Counted from the first letter of the stretch, positions 17,504-26,084 are shown. The stretch: 32,000 nucleotides of DNA from Alkalilimnicola ehrlichii MLHE-1 (GCF_000014785.1 NC_008340.1:780001-812000); one strand, 5' to 3'. The notes: a model not told the origin generated them from the sequence alone. Program-made: numbers and translations.

Positions 17504-18631
17504 GTGACCACACCTGTCGACATGCCGCGGGCCGAACCGGCGGCGGGCCCGCCTGATCTGCTGCAGATTCTGCTGGATCAGGCCGCCGAGGGCGACGGCG
17601 AGTTCATAGACGCGCTGCTGGCAACGGACGCCTTTGGTGACCTGGACAAGGCCGAGGCCAAGACCCTGTTGGAGGATCCGGACCGGCTGGCCGGGTGGGC
17701 CGAGGAGTTGCCGGAGGGTGGCAAACTGCTGCCGCTGGTGTTGGCGGCCCTGGCGGAAAAGCAGGCCGATGGCGAGGCCCTGGAGGCGCGCAGCGGTCGG
17801 GGTGCCGAGGCACGGCGGGCCGGTGAGATACCAGCACTGCCGCTTTGGGCCCTGCACGATCTGATCCCCCGGGACGAGGACCCGGCGGAGTTGCTGAACC
17901 TGCTGCAGACCACCGGGCGCATGCTGGACCCGGTGGGGGCCGGCGAGGGGTTGCGCGACGCGGTGGCCGATGCCATGAAGGGGCGCACGGCGACCAGCAC
18001 CGAGCGGGCCGAGGCCCTGCTGCAGCAGACCCTGGCCCAGGAGAAGGGCGAGCGTGAAGGCGAAGGGCGAAACCCGGCCCAGCCGCAGGCCCAGGCCCGT
18101 GCCGATGCAGGCATCGGTTTCTCCGGGTTGCTGGCGGCGGGTGAGTCCAACGGCACCTCCCGGCCCGGTGCCCAGCCGATTCAACAGGCACTGCCCGGTT
18201 TCCAGCTCGCCACCCCGGCCAATCAGCCGGGCTTTGGCCGGGCGCTGGGTGAGCGCATGGTGATGATGATCCAGCAGCAGATCCAGCAGGCGCGTATTCG
18301 CCTGGATCCGCCGGGGCTGGGCCCGCTGGACATCAATATCGCTACCCAGGATGAGCGCACCACCATCCAGATAACCGCCCAGCAGGCTAGTGCCCGCGAG
18401 GCAGTCGAGTCCGAACTGCCGCGGCTGCGCCAGATGCTCGCCGAGCAGGGGCAGGGCGAGGTGGACGTGGATGTCTCGGAGCGTCAGGACGAGGGCTTCT
18501 GGGCGCAGGGCCAGGCGGCCGGGCTGTTAAATGCCGGCGGCCCGGGTGACCCCGAGGCCGGTGACGGGGCAGCGGCCGACGCCCCGGCGCAACGGCTGCA
18601 ACCACAGGGCCTCGTCGACCATTACGCCTGA
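17504..18631 (+). CDS. fliK: flagellar hook-length control protein FliK
   Basis: 375 aa with a GTG start (GGAGAG upstream; an alternative ATG is at 17522). It has a low-complexity Ala/Glu/Pro-rich N-terminal half and a C-terminal Flg_hook domain IRLDPPGLGPLDINIATQDERTTIQITAQQASAREAVESELPRLRQMLAEQG. Confidence 0.82.
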   Translation: MTTPVDMPRAEPAAGPPDLLQILLDQAAEGDGEFIDALLATDAFGDLDKAEAKTLLEDPDRLAGWAEELPEGGKLLPLVLAALAEKQADGEALEARSGRGAEARRAGEIPALPLWALHDLIPRDEDPAELLNLLQTTGRMLDPVGAGEGLRDAVADAMKGRTATSTERAEALLQQTLAQEKGEREGEGRNPAQPQAQARADAGIGFSGLLAAGESNGTSRPGAQPIQQALPGFQLATPANQPGFGRALGERMVMMIQQQIQQARIRLDPPGLGPLDINIATQDERTTIQITAQQASAREAVESELPRLRQMLAEQGQGEVDVDVSERQDEGFWAQGQAAGLLNAGGPGDPEAGDGAAADAPAQRLQPQGLVDHYA

Positions 18632-18642
18632 CGCGCCCCGCC

Positions 18643-18866
18643 GTCACTGCGAGGAGCGAAGGGGCGCGGCAGTCCAAGCCGGGGTGTGGATCGCCGCGTC
18701 GCTGCGCTCCTCGCGATGACGGGGGTGGTGTCTCCCCCGCCGTCGGCGTGGTGCCTCCCCTCCCCCACCGTCACTGCGAGGAGGCGAAGCCGACGCGGCA
18801 GTCTACCGCTCTGGATCGCCACGGGCCTGCGGCCCTCGCGATGATGGGGGGAAGCCTTCGGCCCCT
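18643..18866 (+). repeat. Repeat cluster D (forward orientation; one long-palindrome unit and one standard unit)
   Basis: Units start at 18643 (GTCACTGCGAGGAGCGAAGGGGCGCGGCAGTCCAAG...GGATCGCCGCGTCGCTGCGCTCCTCGCGATGAC) and at 18770 (GTCACTGCGAGGAGGCGAAGCCGACGCGGCAGTCTACCGCTCTGGATCGCCACGGGCCTGCGGCCCTCGCGATGAT). The cluster begins 12 nt after the fliK stop. Confidence 0.88.
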
Positions 18867-18877
18867 GTCCTGCGCCG

Positions 18878-18905
18878 CTTGAACTCCCGCGCCTTGCCCC
18901 AATCT
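18878..18905 (+). promoter_or_regulatory. sigma32 (heat-shock)-like promoter candidate for htpX
   Basis: CTTGAAC(18878-18884)-N12-CCCCAATCT(18897-18905) against the E. coli consensus CTTGAA-N13-17-CCCCATNT. htpX is heat-shock-regulated in E. coli. Motif match only. Confidence 0.4.
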
Positions 18906-18995
18906 AAGCCCTAGGATAATTTGAACGGCCGCTCCGGCACCCCCCTCGCCGGAGTGCGGTTTGGGCTGCTTACATAACCGGGAGATCAAGCGACG

Positions 18996-19901
18996 ATGAA
19001 GCGCATAGGGCTCTTTCTGCTCACTAACCTGGCGATCCTGGTGGTCCTGGGTGTGGTGTTGTTCATCCTGCAGGCCGTGTTCGGGGTGCGGACCCTGGAT
19101 GAGGCCGGTGTGGGTCTGGACTATACGGGGTTGCTCATCATCGCCGCGGTGATCGGTTTCGGCGGCTCGTTCATCTCCCTGGCCATGTCCAAGTTCATCG
19201 CCAAGCGGATGACCGGGGCCCGCGTTATCGAAAAGCCGCGCAGCGAGGCCGAGCAGTGGCTGGTGGATACCGTGCGCCGCTTTGCCCGCCAGGAGGGCAT
19301 CGGTATGCCGGAGGTGGCGATCTACGACGCCCCGGACATGAACGCCTTTGCCACCGGGGCCCGGCGCAATAACTCCCTGGTGGCGGTGAGCACCGGCCTG
19401 CTGCAGAGCATGACCCGGGACGAGGCCGAGGCGGTGATCGGCCACGAGATCGCCCACATCAGCAACGGCGATATGGTCACCCTGACCCTGATCCAGGGGG
19501 TGGTGAACACCTTTGTGGTCTTCTTCTCGCGCATCATCGGCCATTTCGTCGACCGCGTGGTATTCAAGACCGAGCAAGGGCACGGCCCGGCCTATTTCAT
19601 CACCTCCATCTTCGCCCAGATCGTGCTGGGCATCCTCGCCTCGGTGATCGTCATGTGGTTCTCCCGTCAGCGGGAGTACCGGGCCGATGCCGGTGGCGCC
19701 AAGCTGGCCGGGCGCGACAAGATGATAGCCGCGCTGGAGCGGCTAAAGCGCTCGGTGGACCAGGAGCACCTGCCGGACCAGCTGGAGGCCTTCGGCATCA
19801 ACGGCAACCGCGGTGGCGGCATGAAGGAGTGGTTCATGTCCCACCCGCCGCTGGACGACCGCATCGCCGCGCTGAAGGAGGGCCGTCACCTGCGCGGATG
19901 A
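18996..19901 (+). CDS. htpX: membrane zinc metalloprotease HtpX (M48 family)
   Basis: 301 aa. N-terminal TM segments, HEXXH as [12 protein letters not shown], and a C-terminal [11 protein letters not shown]. Confidence 0.95.
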   Translation: MKRIGLFLLTNLAILVVLGVVLFILQAVFGVRTLDEAGVGLDYTGLLIIAAVIGFGGSFISLAMSKFIAKRMTGARVIEKPRSEAEQWLVDTVRRFARQEGIGMPEVAIYDAPDMNAFATGARRNNSLVAVSTGLLQSMTRDEAEAVIGHEIAHISNGDMVTLTLIQGVVNTFVVFFSRIIGHFVDRVVFKTEQGHGPAYFITSIFAQIVLGILASVIVMWFSRQREYRADAGGAKLAGRDKMIAALERLKRSVDQEHLPDQLEAFGINGNRGGGMKEWFMSHPPLDDRIAALKEGRHLRG

Positions 19902-19943
19902 CGGCGAGTCGCGCCACGGCGGCGTGCAAACCAAGTAGACTCG

Positions 19944-19986
19944 GGGTGCCGTCCTGCCGGCGAGGTGGGGCGGCACCCTTGTTTTC
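19944..19986 (+). terminator. Rho-independent terminator after htpX
   Basis: GGGTGCCG(19944-19951) pairs with CGGCACCC(19971-19978), followed by TTGTTTTCG. Confidence 0.6.
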
Positions 19987-20013
19987 GTCGGGGGGTCGGT
20001 CAAGGGGGGGTAG

Positions 20014-20955
20014 ATGCCTGTCAGCCTGAGCCTGCGCAATCCGGTGGTCCTGGCGGTGCTGGGTCTGGTGGCGACCACCCTGTTTTGGGGGGGCAACGCG
20101 GTGGTGGCCCGCGCCACCTCCGAGTGGTTCCCGCCCTTCACTCTGTCCTTCCTGCGCTGGGTGCTGGCGCTGCTCATTATCCTGCCCTTCGCCTGGGGCC
20201 AGATCCGCGCCTACCGCGAGACCATCCGCCGCCACTGGCGCATCCTCTGGGTGCTGGCCGCGCTCAGCGTGGGCCTGTTCAACACCCTGCTGTACCTGGC
20301 TGCCCAGTTCACCACGGCCACCAACATCACCCTGGTCAACTCCACCATGCCGGTGGTCATCGGGCTGATGGCGCTGCTCTTCTTCGGCCAGCGCCCGCGC
20401 AGCCATGAGTTGCTGGGCATCGTACTGGCCTTTCTTGGCGTCCTGGCCATTGTCAGTCAGGGTGACCGCGAGGTGTTGCTCAACCTGGAGCTCAATCCGG
20501 GCGATCTGGTGATGCTGCTGGCGGTCTGCTGCTGGGGGCTCTATTCGTTGCTGCTCAAACGCTACGGGCCGGATATCCCGGCGGTCCCGATGCTGGCGGT
20601 GATGGTCGCCATGGGCATCCCGGTGATCGTGCCCTTCCTGGTCTGGGAGTTGATCATGGTGGGGCCGGTGCAGGGCACCGTCATGGAGATGCTGCCGCCG
20701 CTGATCTACGTGGGCATCTTCCCCTCGCTGCTGGCCTATCTTTTCTGGAACAACGGGGTACACGTGCTGGGGCCCGCGCGCACGGCGCTGTTCATCTATC
20801 TGGTGCCGGTGTTCGGCTCGGCGCTGGCCATCCTCTTTCTGGGTGAGCGCCTGGAGCCCTACCACGGGGTGGGGGCGGCGGCCATCCTGGCCGGGCTTTA
20901 CGTGGCCACCCGGGGTTTGCCGGGCCGCCGGCCGGTCGAAGAGGAGCACCCTTGA
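20014..20955 (+). CDS. EamA/DMT-superfamily permease (10-TM drug/metabolite transporter)
   Basis: 313 aa, highly hydrophobic, with two EamA-like halves (LFWGGNAVVARA...; LLAVCCWGLYSLLLKR...). The substrate cannot be inferred. Confidence 0.85.
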   Translation: MPVSLSLRNPVVLAVLGLVATTLFWGGNAVVARATSEWFPPFTLSFLRWVLALLIILPFAWGQIRAYRETIRRHWRILWVLAALSVGLFNTLLYLAAQFTTATNITLVNSTMPVVIGLMALLFFGQRPRSHELLGIVLAFLGVLAIVSQGDREVLLNLELNPGDLVMLLAVCCWGLYSLLLKRYGPDIPAVPMLAVMVAMGIPVIVPFLVWELIMVGPVQGTVMEMLPPLIYVGIFPSLLAYLFWNNGVHVLGPARTALFIYLVPVFGSALAILFLGERLEPYHGVGAAAILAGLYVATRGLPGRRPVEEEHP

Positions 20956-20997
20956 CGGCAGCCCGGGGCCTTCTGTGGCCGGCCCGGCGGGCTGCCG
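20956..20997. terminator. Stem-loop between convergent genes (possible bidirectional terminator)
   Basis: CGGCAGCCCG(20956-20965) pairs with CGGGCTGCCG(20988-20997). There is no clear U-tract. Confidence 0.4.
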
Positions 20998-21009
20998 CGA
21001 CGCGGCGCC

Positions 21010-21264
21010 TCACGCCTCGTCGGGGGTAAGGGCCTTGATCCCCAGGGCGTGGATGATGTCGTTGCGCATGGCATCACCCATGGCGCCGTAGACCTTGCGA
21101 TGGCGCTGTAGGGTGTTCAGCCCCGCAAAGTCCGGGCTGACCACCCGCACCTGGTAGTGCCCGCCCCCGGCTTGGGCCCCGGCGTGACCGGCGTGCTTGT
21201 GGCTGTCGTCCTGGATCTCCAGGCTGTGGACATCCAATGCCTGCTCCAGGCGCTGGCGGATCAT
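21010..21264 (-). CDS. bolA: BolA-family protein
   Basis: This is only the C-terminal part of track ORF 21010..21810(-). MIRQRLEQALDVHSLEIQDDSHKHAGHAGAQAGGGHYQVRVVSPDFAGLNTLQRHRKVYGAMGDAMRNDIIHALGIKALTPDEA fits BolA (..DeS..H.. / ..RHR.vY..l...I HAL.i.a.TP.E). An alternative GTG start at 21288 overlaps the yciI stop (GTGA). Confidence 0.82.
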   Translation of the reverse strand: MIRQRLEQALDVHSLEIQDDSHKHAGHAGAQAGGGHYQVRVVSPDFAGLNTLQRHRKVYGAMGDAMRNDIIHALGIKALTPDEA

Positions 21265-21284
21265 CTCAACGCGTTCGTTTCCAC

Positions 21285-21584
21285 TCACGGCAACACCTTC
21301 TTGAACGGCTTGACGGTGACCCTTTCGTAGGCACCCACATCCAGGTAGGGGTCGGCATTGGCCCACGCCTTTGCCGCCTCCAGGCTGGGAAACTCCGCGA
21401 CCACCAGGCTGCCGGAGAAACCCGCCTCGCCCGGATCCTCGGCGTCGATGGCCGGGTGGGGGCCGGCGATCAGCAGCCGGCCCTCGTCCCTTAGGGCCTC
21501 CAGCCGTGCCAGGTGGGCGGGCCGGGCCTCTTTGCGCAAGGGCAGGCTGTTGGGCACGTCCTCGCTGATGATGGCGTAATACAT
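21285..21584 (-). CDS. yciI: YciI-family protein
   Basis: 99 aa. [44 protein letters not shown]...[23 protein letters not shown] is the typical YciI fold signature. Confidence 0.85.
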   Translation of the reverse strand: MYYAIISEDVPNSLPLRKEARPAHLARLEALRDEGRLLIAGPHPAIDAEDPGEAGFSGSLVVAEFPSLEAAKAWANADPYLDVGAYERVTVKPFKKVLP

Positions 21585-21778
21585 GGCGCTCCCTCAGGTA
21601 CAGGAATGACTGGACGGATATGCTACACCGCCCTGCCGCGGAGTAGCAGCCCGGACCGGGCCTGGCGCCGGCCACCGTCGTGCATGATAGGGTGACAGTG
21701 CCATGATTACGGGATACCGAGCTGATCGGTGTGCCCGCAAGAATAACAGCGAACCGGCAGCACTCAGGAGGAGCGCCC

Positions 21779-22402
21779 ATGAGCCAGTACTTTGAGATCC
21801 ACCCCGTCACCCCTCAGGTTCGCCTGGTGAAACGGACCGTGGAGATCATCCGCGCGGGCGGTGTCATCGCCTACCCCACCGACTCCAGTTACGCGTTGGG
21901 TTGCGGCATCGGGGAGAAGCAGGCCGTGGACCGCATCCGCCAGATCCGCCGTCTGCGCGAGGACCACAACTTCACCCTGGCCTGCCGCGATCTCTCCGAT
22001 ATCGGCACCTACGCCCGGGTGGAGAACTACGCCTACCGCCTGCTCAAGTCGCACACCCCGGGCCCCTACACCTTCATCCTGAAGGCCACCTCCAAGGTGC
22101 CCCGTCTGCTCCAGCACCCGAAGAAAAAGACCATCGGCATCCGCGTGCCCGACCACCCCACCACCCAGGCCATCCTGGAAGAGCTGGGCGAGCCGCTGAT
22201 GACGGTCAGCCTCATCATGCCCGATGACGACATGCCTATCACCGACCCGGTGGACATTCGCGCGGCCCTGGAGCACCAGGTGGATGCCGTCATCGACGGC
22301 GGTCCCGGCGGGTTGGAGCCCAGCACCGTGGTGGATCTCTCCGGTGAGGCCCCGCGGGTCCTGCGCGAGGGTGCCGGCGATCCGTCGGTCTTCGAGGGCT
22401 GA
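21779..22402 (+). CDS. yciO: YciO (Sua5/YrdC/YciO family, threonylcarbamoyl-AMP synthase paralog)
   Basis: Track ORF 21731..22402 trimmed to the ATG at 21779 (AGGAGGAG SD). MSQYFEIHPVTPQVRLVKRTVEIIRAGGVIAYPTDSSYALGCGIGEKQAVDRIRQIRRLREDHNFTLACRDLSDIGTYA closely parallels E. coli YciO as I recall it ([42 protein letters not shown]...NFTLMCRDLSELSTY). Confidence 0.9.
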   Translation: MSQYFEIHPVTPQVRLVKRTVEIIRAGGVIAYPTDSSYALGCGIGEKQAVDRIRQIRRLREDHNFTLACRDLSDIGTYARVENYAYRLLKSHTPGPYTFILKATSKVPRLLQHPKKKTIGIRVPDHPTTQAILEELGEPLMTVSLIMPDDDMPITDPVDIRAALEHQVDAVIDGGPGGLEPSTVVDLSGEAPRVLREGAGDPSVFEG

Positions 22403-22410
22403 GGCGGAGA

Positions 22411-22690
22411 GCGGATTCGGTTATCATCGCCCTCCGAGTGGCACGTTCAGCGGGCTGCAGTGGCCGGGGCGTATGGCCGGCAGGCCGACTTTTGCGCACC
22501 GAGCAACGCAGCAAATGAGCGGAAACAAGGCGCGCCTGTTCGAGCGAAGCGAGTTCGCGCCGCCGCTCCTTTGCGAGTAGCGCAGGGCACCCCGAAGGGG
22601 TGCGCAATTGGAGGCCTGCCGGCCATACGCCCCGGCCACTGCAGACCGCTGAGCCCGGCACGCAAAGCCACAGAACCCGAATCGGCCTGA
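22411..22690. repeat. Long imperfect palindrome / MITE-like element; the core is a 39-bp inverted repeat at 22448-22486 and 22613-22651
   Basis: The left arm is CAGCGGGCTGCAGTGGCCGGGGCGTATGGCCGGCAGGCC. The reverse complement of the right arm is CAGCGGTCTGCAGTGGCCGGGGCGTATGGCCGGCAGGCC (38/39). Inner complementarity is TTGCGCACC (22492-22500) / GGTGCGCAA (22599-22607). The sub-hairpin GCACCCC-GAA-GGGGTGC lies within 22587-22604. Weaker outer complementarity (GATTCGG / CCGAATC) extends to about 22413 and 22688. Confidence 0.6.
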
Positions 22691-22709
22691 TCCACACTGG
22701 AGGCAATCT

Positions 22710-23924
22710 TTGGCCAATCTTAATGCCCAAAGCCGAGTCCTGTCCGGCATGCGGCCCACCGGCCGCCTGCACCTGGGGCACTACCACGGGGTCCTCAAGA
22801 ACTGGGTGCGCCTGCAGCAGGAACACGAGTGCTTCTTCTTCGTGGCCGACTGGCACGCACTCACCACCCAGTACGACGACACCCGCGGCATTGCCCAATC
22901 CGGCTGGGACATGGTCATCGACTGGCTCGCCTGCGGGGTGAACCCCAATATGGCTCGGCTGTTCATTCAGTCCAAGGTGCCCGAGCACGCCGAACTGCAC
23001 CTGCTGCTCTCCATGATCACCCCCCTGGGCTGGCTGGAGCGCGTGCCCACCTACAAGGACCAGCAGGAACAGCTGCGCGAGAAGGACCTGGCCACCTACG
23101 GCTTTCTGGGCTACCCGCTGCTGCAGAGCGCCGACATCCTGGTCTACAAGGCCACCGCCGTGCCCGTGGGCGAGGACCAGGTGGCCCACGTGGAGATCAC
23201 CCGCGAGGTGGCGCGCCGGTTCAACCACTTCTACGGTGTGGAGCCCGACTTCATCGAGCGGGCCGAAGAGGCCATCAAGAAGATGGGCAAGAAGAACGCC
23301 CGGGTCTACCGCGACCTGCGCCGGCGCTACCAGGAGCAGGGCGAGCACGAGGCCCTGGACGTGGCCCGTGCCCTGCTCGACAACCAGCAGAACATCACCC
23401 TGGCGGACCGCGAGCGCCTGCACGGCTACCTGGACGGTACCGGCCGCAACGTCCTGCCCGAGCCCCAGGCCCTGCTCACCCCGCACGCCAAGATGCCGGG
23501 CCTGGACGGACGCAAGATGTCCAAGTCCTACAACAATTTCATCGGCCTGCGTGAGGATGCGGAATCGGTCCGCAAGAAGGTCCGCACCATGCAGACCGAC
23601 CCGGCCCGGGTCCGTCGGACCGACCCGGGCAATCCGGAAAAATGCCCGGTTTGGGACTTTCACAAGCTCTACTCCGGTGAGGCTGATCGAGACTGGGTCT
23701 GGAAGGGCTGCACCACCGCGGGTATCGGCTGCATCGACTGCAAGATGTGCATGCTCGAGGGTATGGAAAAGGAACTGGGGCCCATCCGCGAGCGGGGCCA
23801 TGAGTTCGAGAACGACATGGACACCGTGCGCAGTATCGTCAACGAAGGGTGCGAGGCCGCTCGCAGCGAGGCCCGCGAGACCCTGGACGAAGTGCGCGAT
23901 GCCATGGGGCTGACCTATCGGTGA
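22710..23924 (+). CDS. trpS: tryptophan--tRNA ligase (long form with a C-terminal Cys cluster)
   Basis: 404 aa. TTG start with GGAGG 6 nt upstream. The HIGH motif appears as GRLHLGHYHG and the KMSKS motif as RKMSKS. ECFFFVADWHALTT is typical of TrpRS. Confidence 0.95.
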   Translation: MANLNAQSRVLSGMRPTGRLHLGHYHGVLKNWVRLQQEHECFFFVADWHALTTQYDDTRGIAQSGWDMVIDWLACGVNPNMARLFIQSKVPEHAELHLLLSMITPLGWLERVPTYKDQQEQLREKDLATYGFLGYPLLQSADILVYKATAVPVGEDQVAHVEITREVARRFNHFYGVEPDFIERAEEAIKKMGKKNARVYRDLRRRYQEQGEHEALDVARALLDNQQNITLADRERLHGYLDGTGRNVLPEPQALLTPHAKMPGLDGRKMSKSYNNFIGLREDAESVRKKVRTMQTDPARVRRTDPGNPEKCPVWDFHKLYSGEADRDWVWKGCTTAGIGCIDCKMCMLEGMEKELGPIRERGHEFENDMDTVRSIVNEGCEAARSEARETLDEVRDAMGLTYR

Positions 23925-24751
23925 GCGTGATTACCTCCGACAGCGCGGCCCCCGGGCCGGCGGAGGCGCTGGCCGGGGCCGGTGGCCAGGCCCTGGCGCG
24001 GGTCGCCGGGGAGCCGGTCACCGACCTGCCTGAGGACCTCTACATCCCGCCGGATGCGCTGGAGGTCTTCCTGGAGACCTTTGAAGGGCCGCTCGACCTG
24101 CTGCTCTACCTGATTCGGCGCCAGAACCTCGACGTGCGCGATATCCCCATCGCCGAGATCACCCGCCAGTACATGCGTTACGTGGAGCTGATGCACGAAC
24201 TGCGTCTGGAGCTGGCCGCCGAGTATCTGGTGATGGCCGCCATGCTGGCCGAGATCAAGTCACGCATGCTGCTGCCGCGCCCGCCGGCCAGTGAGGAGGA
24301 AGAGGCCGACCCCCGCGCCGAGCTGGTGCGCCGGCTGCAGGAGTACGAGCGCTACAAGCAGGCCGCCGAGGACCTGGACCAGTTACCGCGCCTGGCTCGC
24401 GACGTCTTCCCGGTGCGGGTGGCCGCCGAGGGCTGCCAGCCGCGCCAGCGCGAGCCCGAGGTGAGTATGCAGGAGCTGCTGTTGGCCTTCGCCGAAGTGC
24501 TGCGCCGCTCCAGCCATTACGAACACCACCAGGTGCAGAAGGAGGCCCTGTCTGTGCGCGAGCGCATGACCGAGGTGCTGGGCCGGCTGGATACCGAGCA
24601 CTACTGCTGTTTCACCCAGCTCTTTCCCCGGCGGGAGGGTCGCATGGGCCTGGTGGTGAGCTTTCTGGCGGTGCTGGAATTGGTCAAGGAGGCCCTCATC
24701 GAGCTGACCCAGAACGAACCGTACGCGCCCATCTACGTCCGCGCCCGCTGA
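23921..24751 (+). CDS. scpA: segregation and condensation protein A
   Basis: Track ORF 23849..24751 trimmed to the GTG at 23921, which overlaps the trpS stop (GTGA). FEGPLDLLLYLIRRQNLDVRDIPIAEITRQYMRYVELM is the ScpA signature. Confidence 0.9.
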   Translation: MSVITSDSAAPGPAEALAGAGGQALARVAGEPVTDLPEDLYIPPDALEVFLETFEGPLDLLLYLIRRQNLDVRDIPIAEITRQYMRYVELMHELRLELAAEYLVMAAMLAEIKSRMLLPRPPASEEEEADPRAELVRRLQEYERYKQAAEDLDQLPRLARDVFPVRVAAEGCQPRQREPEVSMQELLLAFAEVLRRSSHYEHHQVQKEALSVRERMTEVLGRLDTEHYCCFTQLFPRREGRMGLVVSFLAVLELVKEALIELTQNEPYAPIYVRAR

Positions 24752-24754
24752 GCC

Positions 24755-25339
24755 ATGCCCGCCAACCCGCCTGTCAAATATGTCCTGGAGGCCGCACTGA
24801 TGGCCGCGGAGGGGACCCTCGATCTGGACCAGATGCAGGGCCTGTTCGACCCGGCGCTGGCCCCCGACCGCCAGACCCTGCGCCAGGCCCTGGCCGAGCT
24901 GCGCCAGGACTACGAGGGCCGCGGGCTGGAGGTGAAACAGGTGGCCAGCGGCTGGCGTATCCAGGTCCGGGAGGCCTACGCCCCCTGGGTTTCAAGGCTG
25001 TGGGAGGAGAAGCCCGGGCGCTACTCCCGGGCCCTGCTGGAGACCCTCGCCATCATCGCCTACCGCCAGCCGGTGACCCGCGGCGAGATAGAGGACATCC
25101 GCGGGGTGACGGTGAGCAGCTCCATCATGCGCACCCTCACCGATCGCGGCTGGGTGCGTATCGTTGGCCACAAGGATGTCCCCGGCCGTCCGGGGCTCTA
25201 CGCCACCACCCCCGCCTTCCTGGATTACTTCAACCTCAGTAGCCTGAGCGAACTGCCCGACCTGACCAGTCTGAACGACCCCGACAACCCGGAAATGGAA
25301 CTGCCCCTGCCGGACCCGGACGACCCGGACGCCCCGTAA
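24755..25339 (+). CDS. scpB: segregation and condensation protein B
   Basis: 194 aa. LSRALLETLAIIAYRQPVTRGEIEDIRGVTVSSSIMRTLTDRGWVRIVGHKDVPGRPGLYATTPAFLDYFNL is the ScpB winged-helix signature. Confidence 0.92.
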   Translation: MPANPPVKYVLEAALMAAEGTLDLDQMQGLFDPALAPDRQTLRQALAELRQDYEGRGLEVKQVASGWRIQVREAYAPWVSRLWEEKPGRYSRALLETLAIIAYRQPVTRGEIEDIRGVTVSSSIMRTLTDRGWVRIVGHKDVPGRPGLYATTPAFLDYFNLSSLSELPDLTSLNDPDNPEMELPLPDPDDPDAP

Positions 25340-25342
25340 ACC

Positions 25343-25905
25343 ATTGCGAGGGCCAAAGGCTTTCCCCCGTCATCGCGAGGGCCAAAGGCTTTCCCCCGTC
25401 ATCGCGAGGGCCGAAGGCTTTCCCCCCGTCATCGCGAGGGCCGAAGGCCCGTGGCGATCCAGAGGGGTAGACTGCCACGTCGCTTCGCTCCTCGCAGTGA
25501 CGATGGAGGTGGGTCCGCAGTGACGGTGGGGGCGACTTGCCGCTTCCGGTACAGTCCAGTTCTTCAAGAGGGCCGCCGCCTCCTCCCCGTCATCGCGAGG
25601 GCCGAAGGCCCGTGGCGATCCAGAGGGGTAGACTGCCACGTCGGCTTCGCCTCCTCGCAGTGACGGTGGGGGTGGGCCTCCTCGCAGTGACGGTGGGGGG
25701 TGCCCCTTCCCGCAGTTACGGTGGGGGTGCCCCTTCCCGCAGTGACGGTGGGGACGGCACCACCCCCGTCATCGCGAGGAGCGCAGCGACGCGGCGATCC
25801 AGACGCCCGCCTGGACTGCCACGCCCCCGCCGGGGGGTCGCCGTGAAGGTGGGGTTGGGCCGCGCTCGTAGTGGCGGTAGGGACGGCACCACCCCCGCGA
25901 TGCCG
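25343..25905 (-). repeat. Repeat cluster E (mostly reverse orientation; mosaic of short tandem modules, two standard units, a head module and a partial long-palindrome arm)
   Basis: It contains three copies of (C)GTCATCGCGAGGGCC(A/G)AAGGCTTTCCCC at 25343-25440. Standard units lie at about 25425-25500 and 25587-25672. Four copies of (CCT)CGCAGT(G/T)ACGGTGGGG.. lie at about 25650-25755. GTCATCGCGAGGAGCGCAGCGACGCGGCGATCCAG lies at about 25767-25803. The cluster fills the gap between convergent scpB and the small minus-strand ORF. Confidence 0.9.
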
Positions 25906-25913
25906 GTGAGGAT

Positions 25914-26084
25914 TTAAATCCGGATCTTGTAGGTACCGGTGGCGCTGCGGATGATCACTTCGCCTTGGTAGCCGTACAGCTCCGCAACCTGGCGTGCCAC
26001 CCGCAGTGCGCCGGGCTCGGACTTCGCGCTGGCCAGGTGCTTCACATGCCCGTGGGCGTCGTAATAACTGATTTCCCAGCCCAT
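25914..26084 (-). CDS. small hypothetical protein (56 aa), possibly DUF2188-like
   Basis: This is the C-terminal half of track ORF 25914..26231(-), from the internal ATG at 26084. MGWEISYYDAHGHVKHLASAKSEPGALRVARQVAELYGYQGEVIIRSATGTYKIRI uses GC-ending codons like the rest of the genome. The upstream 49 codons are rich in A/T-ending codons and cover the sufR promoter region. The pattern GW.v....g......f.....A...A...A...g.e..i....G resembles DUF2188 (from memory; not verified). Confidence 0.45.
   Translation of the reverse strand: MGWEISYYDAHGHVKHLASAKSEPGALRVARQVAELYGYQGEVIIRSATGTYKIRI

Noticed and set aside
21010-21810. 266-aa minus-strand ORF read as one protein
   Set aside because: Only the last about 84 residues are BolA-like. 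The N-terminal about 180 residues are an out-of-frame read across the yciI gene and the yciI-yciO intergenic region (Pro/Gly/Arg-rich). I split it into bolA (21010..21264) and yciI (21285..21584).
22403-22709. T-box or attenuator leader for trpS
   Set aside because: I could find no specifier-loop/T-box conserved sequence (AGGGUGGNACCGCG-like) and no Trp-codon leader peptide. The structure is a symmetric long palindrome and not a T-box architecture, and T-box control of trpS is a Gram-positive feature.
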